Assembly: GCA_965213705.1 (NCBI GenBank)
Contig: OZ243913.1
Coordinates: 1,472,001-1,536,000, forward strand
Reading direction: 5' to 3'
Length of the DNA: 64,000 bases
Source: Trueperaceae bacterium
GTDB taxonomy: Bacteria > Deinococcota > Deinococci > Deinococcales > Trueperaceae
Below are positions 63,049-64,000 of this stretch, piece after piece (positions within the stretch are counted from its first letter, which is position 1; every line of letters starts with the position of its first letter). The position numbers and the translations under genes were made by a program. Below the pieces are notes generated by a model. It was not told the origin of the DNA. It did not search any database and was given only the letters and a program-made list of their open reading frames with translations.

Positions 63049-63450
63049 TTAATTATTGGTTAAATCTTCGTCTGAGGGGAATGAAATAATAACGTAACCT
63101 TCCAAGTAGTTAACCATCACGTTTTGACCATCTAAGAGAACAAAAAGACCCAAACCGTTTTCTGCATCAAGGGCACGCCAAGGCAACCCCAGCATCTCAG
63201 GATGGGGACGAAGGCCGAGAACTGCATAATTCTCTTTCACAGAAGTTATTATCTCGAGCTGGCTGGCGGGCGCGTCGAAGCAAAAAAACGTTTCTGAGTT
63301 GAACGGCTTTTCGGGATGGAGTTCCAAGCAACCAGGTTGGGCTTGTTCTGCAAAAAGTCCTCGTGCTATTTGTTCAGCTGTGAAGTTATTTTGAGCCAGC
63401 GCAAAAGCAACTGCACCCAGCACCAAACCTATTATCAGCATTTTTTTCAT
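63049..63450 (-). CDS. Secreted hypothetical protein (low GC)
   Basis: Signal peptide MKKMLIIGLVLGAVAFALA. Confidence 0.7.
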   Translation of the reverse strand: MKKMLIIGLVLGAVAFALAQNNFTAEQIARGLFAEQAQPGCLELHPEKPFNSETFFCFDAPASQLEIITSVKENYAVLGLRPHPEMLGLPWRALDAENGLGLFVLLDGQNVMVNYLEGYVIISFPSDEDLTNN

Positions 63451-63484
63451 AGTGGCAACCTTAACATGCCACATTTTCTTTCTT

Positions 63485-63586
63485 CTTGTGTCATGGGGTC
63501 ACATCAGTTTCGCTTGTGTCATGAGGTATCAATTTAGTTGATAACCCATGAGCCTGGCAAAAATGTTGATAAGCCATGAGCCTTGC
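63485..63586. repeat. Four-copy inverted array with 28-bp spacing
   Basis: CTTGTGTCATG at 63485 and 63513; GTTGATAANCCATGAGCCT at 63537 and 63565. Confidence 0.7.
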
Positions 63587-64000
63587 TAGGGTGTAACCCC
63601 TTCAACGCCGATACTCGAGACCTCTACAGCCATAGCCAGCACTAAAGCTATCGCCGCCCTACTGCGACCTTCAGAGGTGCTGGGGTATGTCCAGCCCTGA
63701 GTAGCTGCAAGCGCGTCGACCGGGTTATGGGGCGGCTTGGGAACACGCTCAGGTGTCAGGTGATAGGGAATGTTCTTGCCTTTGTAGTGCGCAGGTTCGG
63801 CAGCTTGGGCCGCGCTGTACCAGGCGTACCAGGGGGCGGGCTCTAAACCCAACTCAGCAAAACGCTCGTGTTCATTGCTCACGTTTTCAGCGTCACGTTC
63901 AGGTGAGACCGGCCACTCGCTTTTCAACACCTCAAGCAGTGGGTCTATAGCCTCTTCTGGCATTCTGTCGAGCGTCCTGTTCATATAACTTTCCCAGCTT
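63586..64000 (-). CDS. Hypothetical protein (3' part; frame open to window edge)
   Basis: ORF 63586-63984, in-frame with no stop up to the window end. Confidence 0.55.
   Translation of the reverse strand, partial: SWESYMNRTLDRMPEEAIDPLLEVLKSEWPVSPERDAENVSNEHERFAELGLEPAPWYAWYSAAQAAEPAHYKGKNIPYHLTPERVPKPPHNPVDALAATQGWTYPSTSEGRSRAAIALVLAMAVEVSSIGVEGVTP

Larger units (their letters stand above)
60367..64000. mobile_element. One end of an integrative element (prophage/satellite/ICE-like) at tRNA-Val; continues past window
   Basis: Integrase convergent on the tRNA 3' end, repressor plus divergent small genes, lower GC. Confidence 0.85.

Noticed and set aside
60367..64000. Calling the element a complete prophage
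   Set aside because: No structural, packaging or lysis genes and no second att site are visible within the window.

Overview
GC-rich chromosomal window (roughly 64-65% GC by eye) that looks like a Deinococcota genome, probably Truepera-like. This assignment is inferred from gene content, -10 boxes directly upstream of start codons, and a T-box. Most of the window is housekeeping, envelope and stress genes: the end of a polysaccharide locus (ugd, wzz-like), an amidase, ftsX/envC, glyA, DAHP synthase-chorismate mutase, tatAC, T-box-valS, ggt, minDE and ftsE. Accessory content: (i) an 11-gene sugar catabolic operon pairing FucI, a rhamnulokinase and a class II aldolase with a SorE-like ketose-1-phosphate reductase and an MtlD-like polyol-phosphate dehydrogenase; (ii) an orphan DarT-like ADP-ribosyltransferase; (iii) a decayed IS1595-family element that still carries an intact DUF433/PIN toxin-antitoxin pair; (iv) a PAS-LuxR / operator / poly-C / small structured RNA / GGDEF module; (v) one end of a tyrosine-integrase element inserted at tRNA-Val(GAC), running off the window. 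Window-wide compositional signals: GATC is almost absent (4 seen by eye), CTCGAG is strongly over-represented, and degenerate tandem duplications with a 15-bp period recur. All counts and family assignments are by eye or motif recall; no searches were run.
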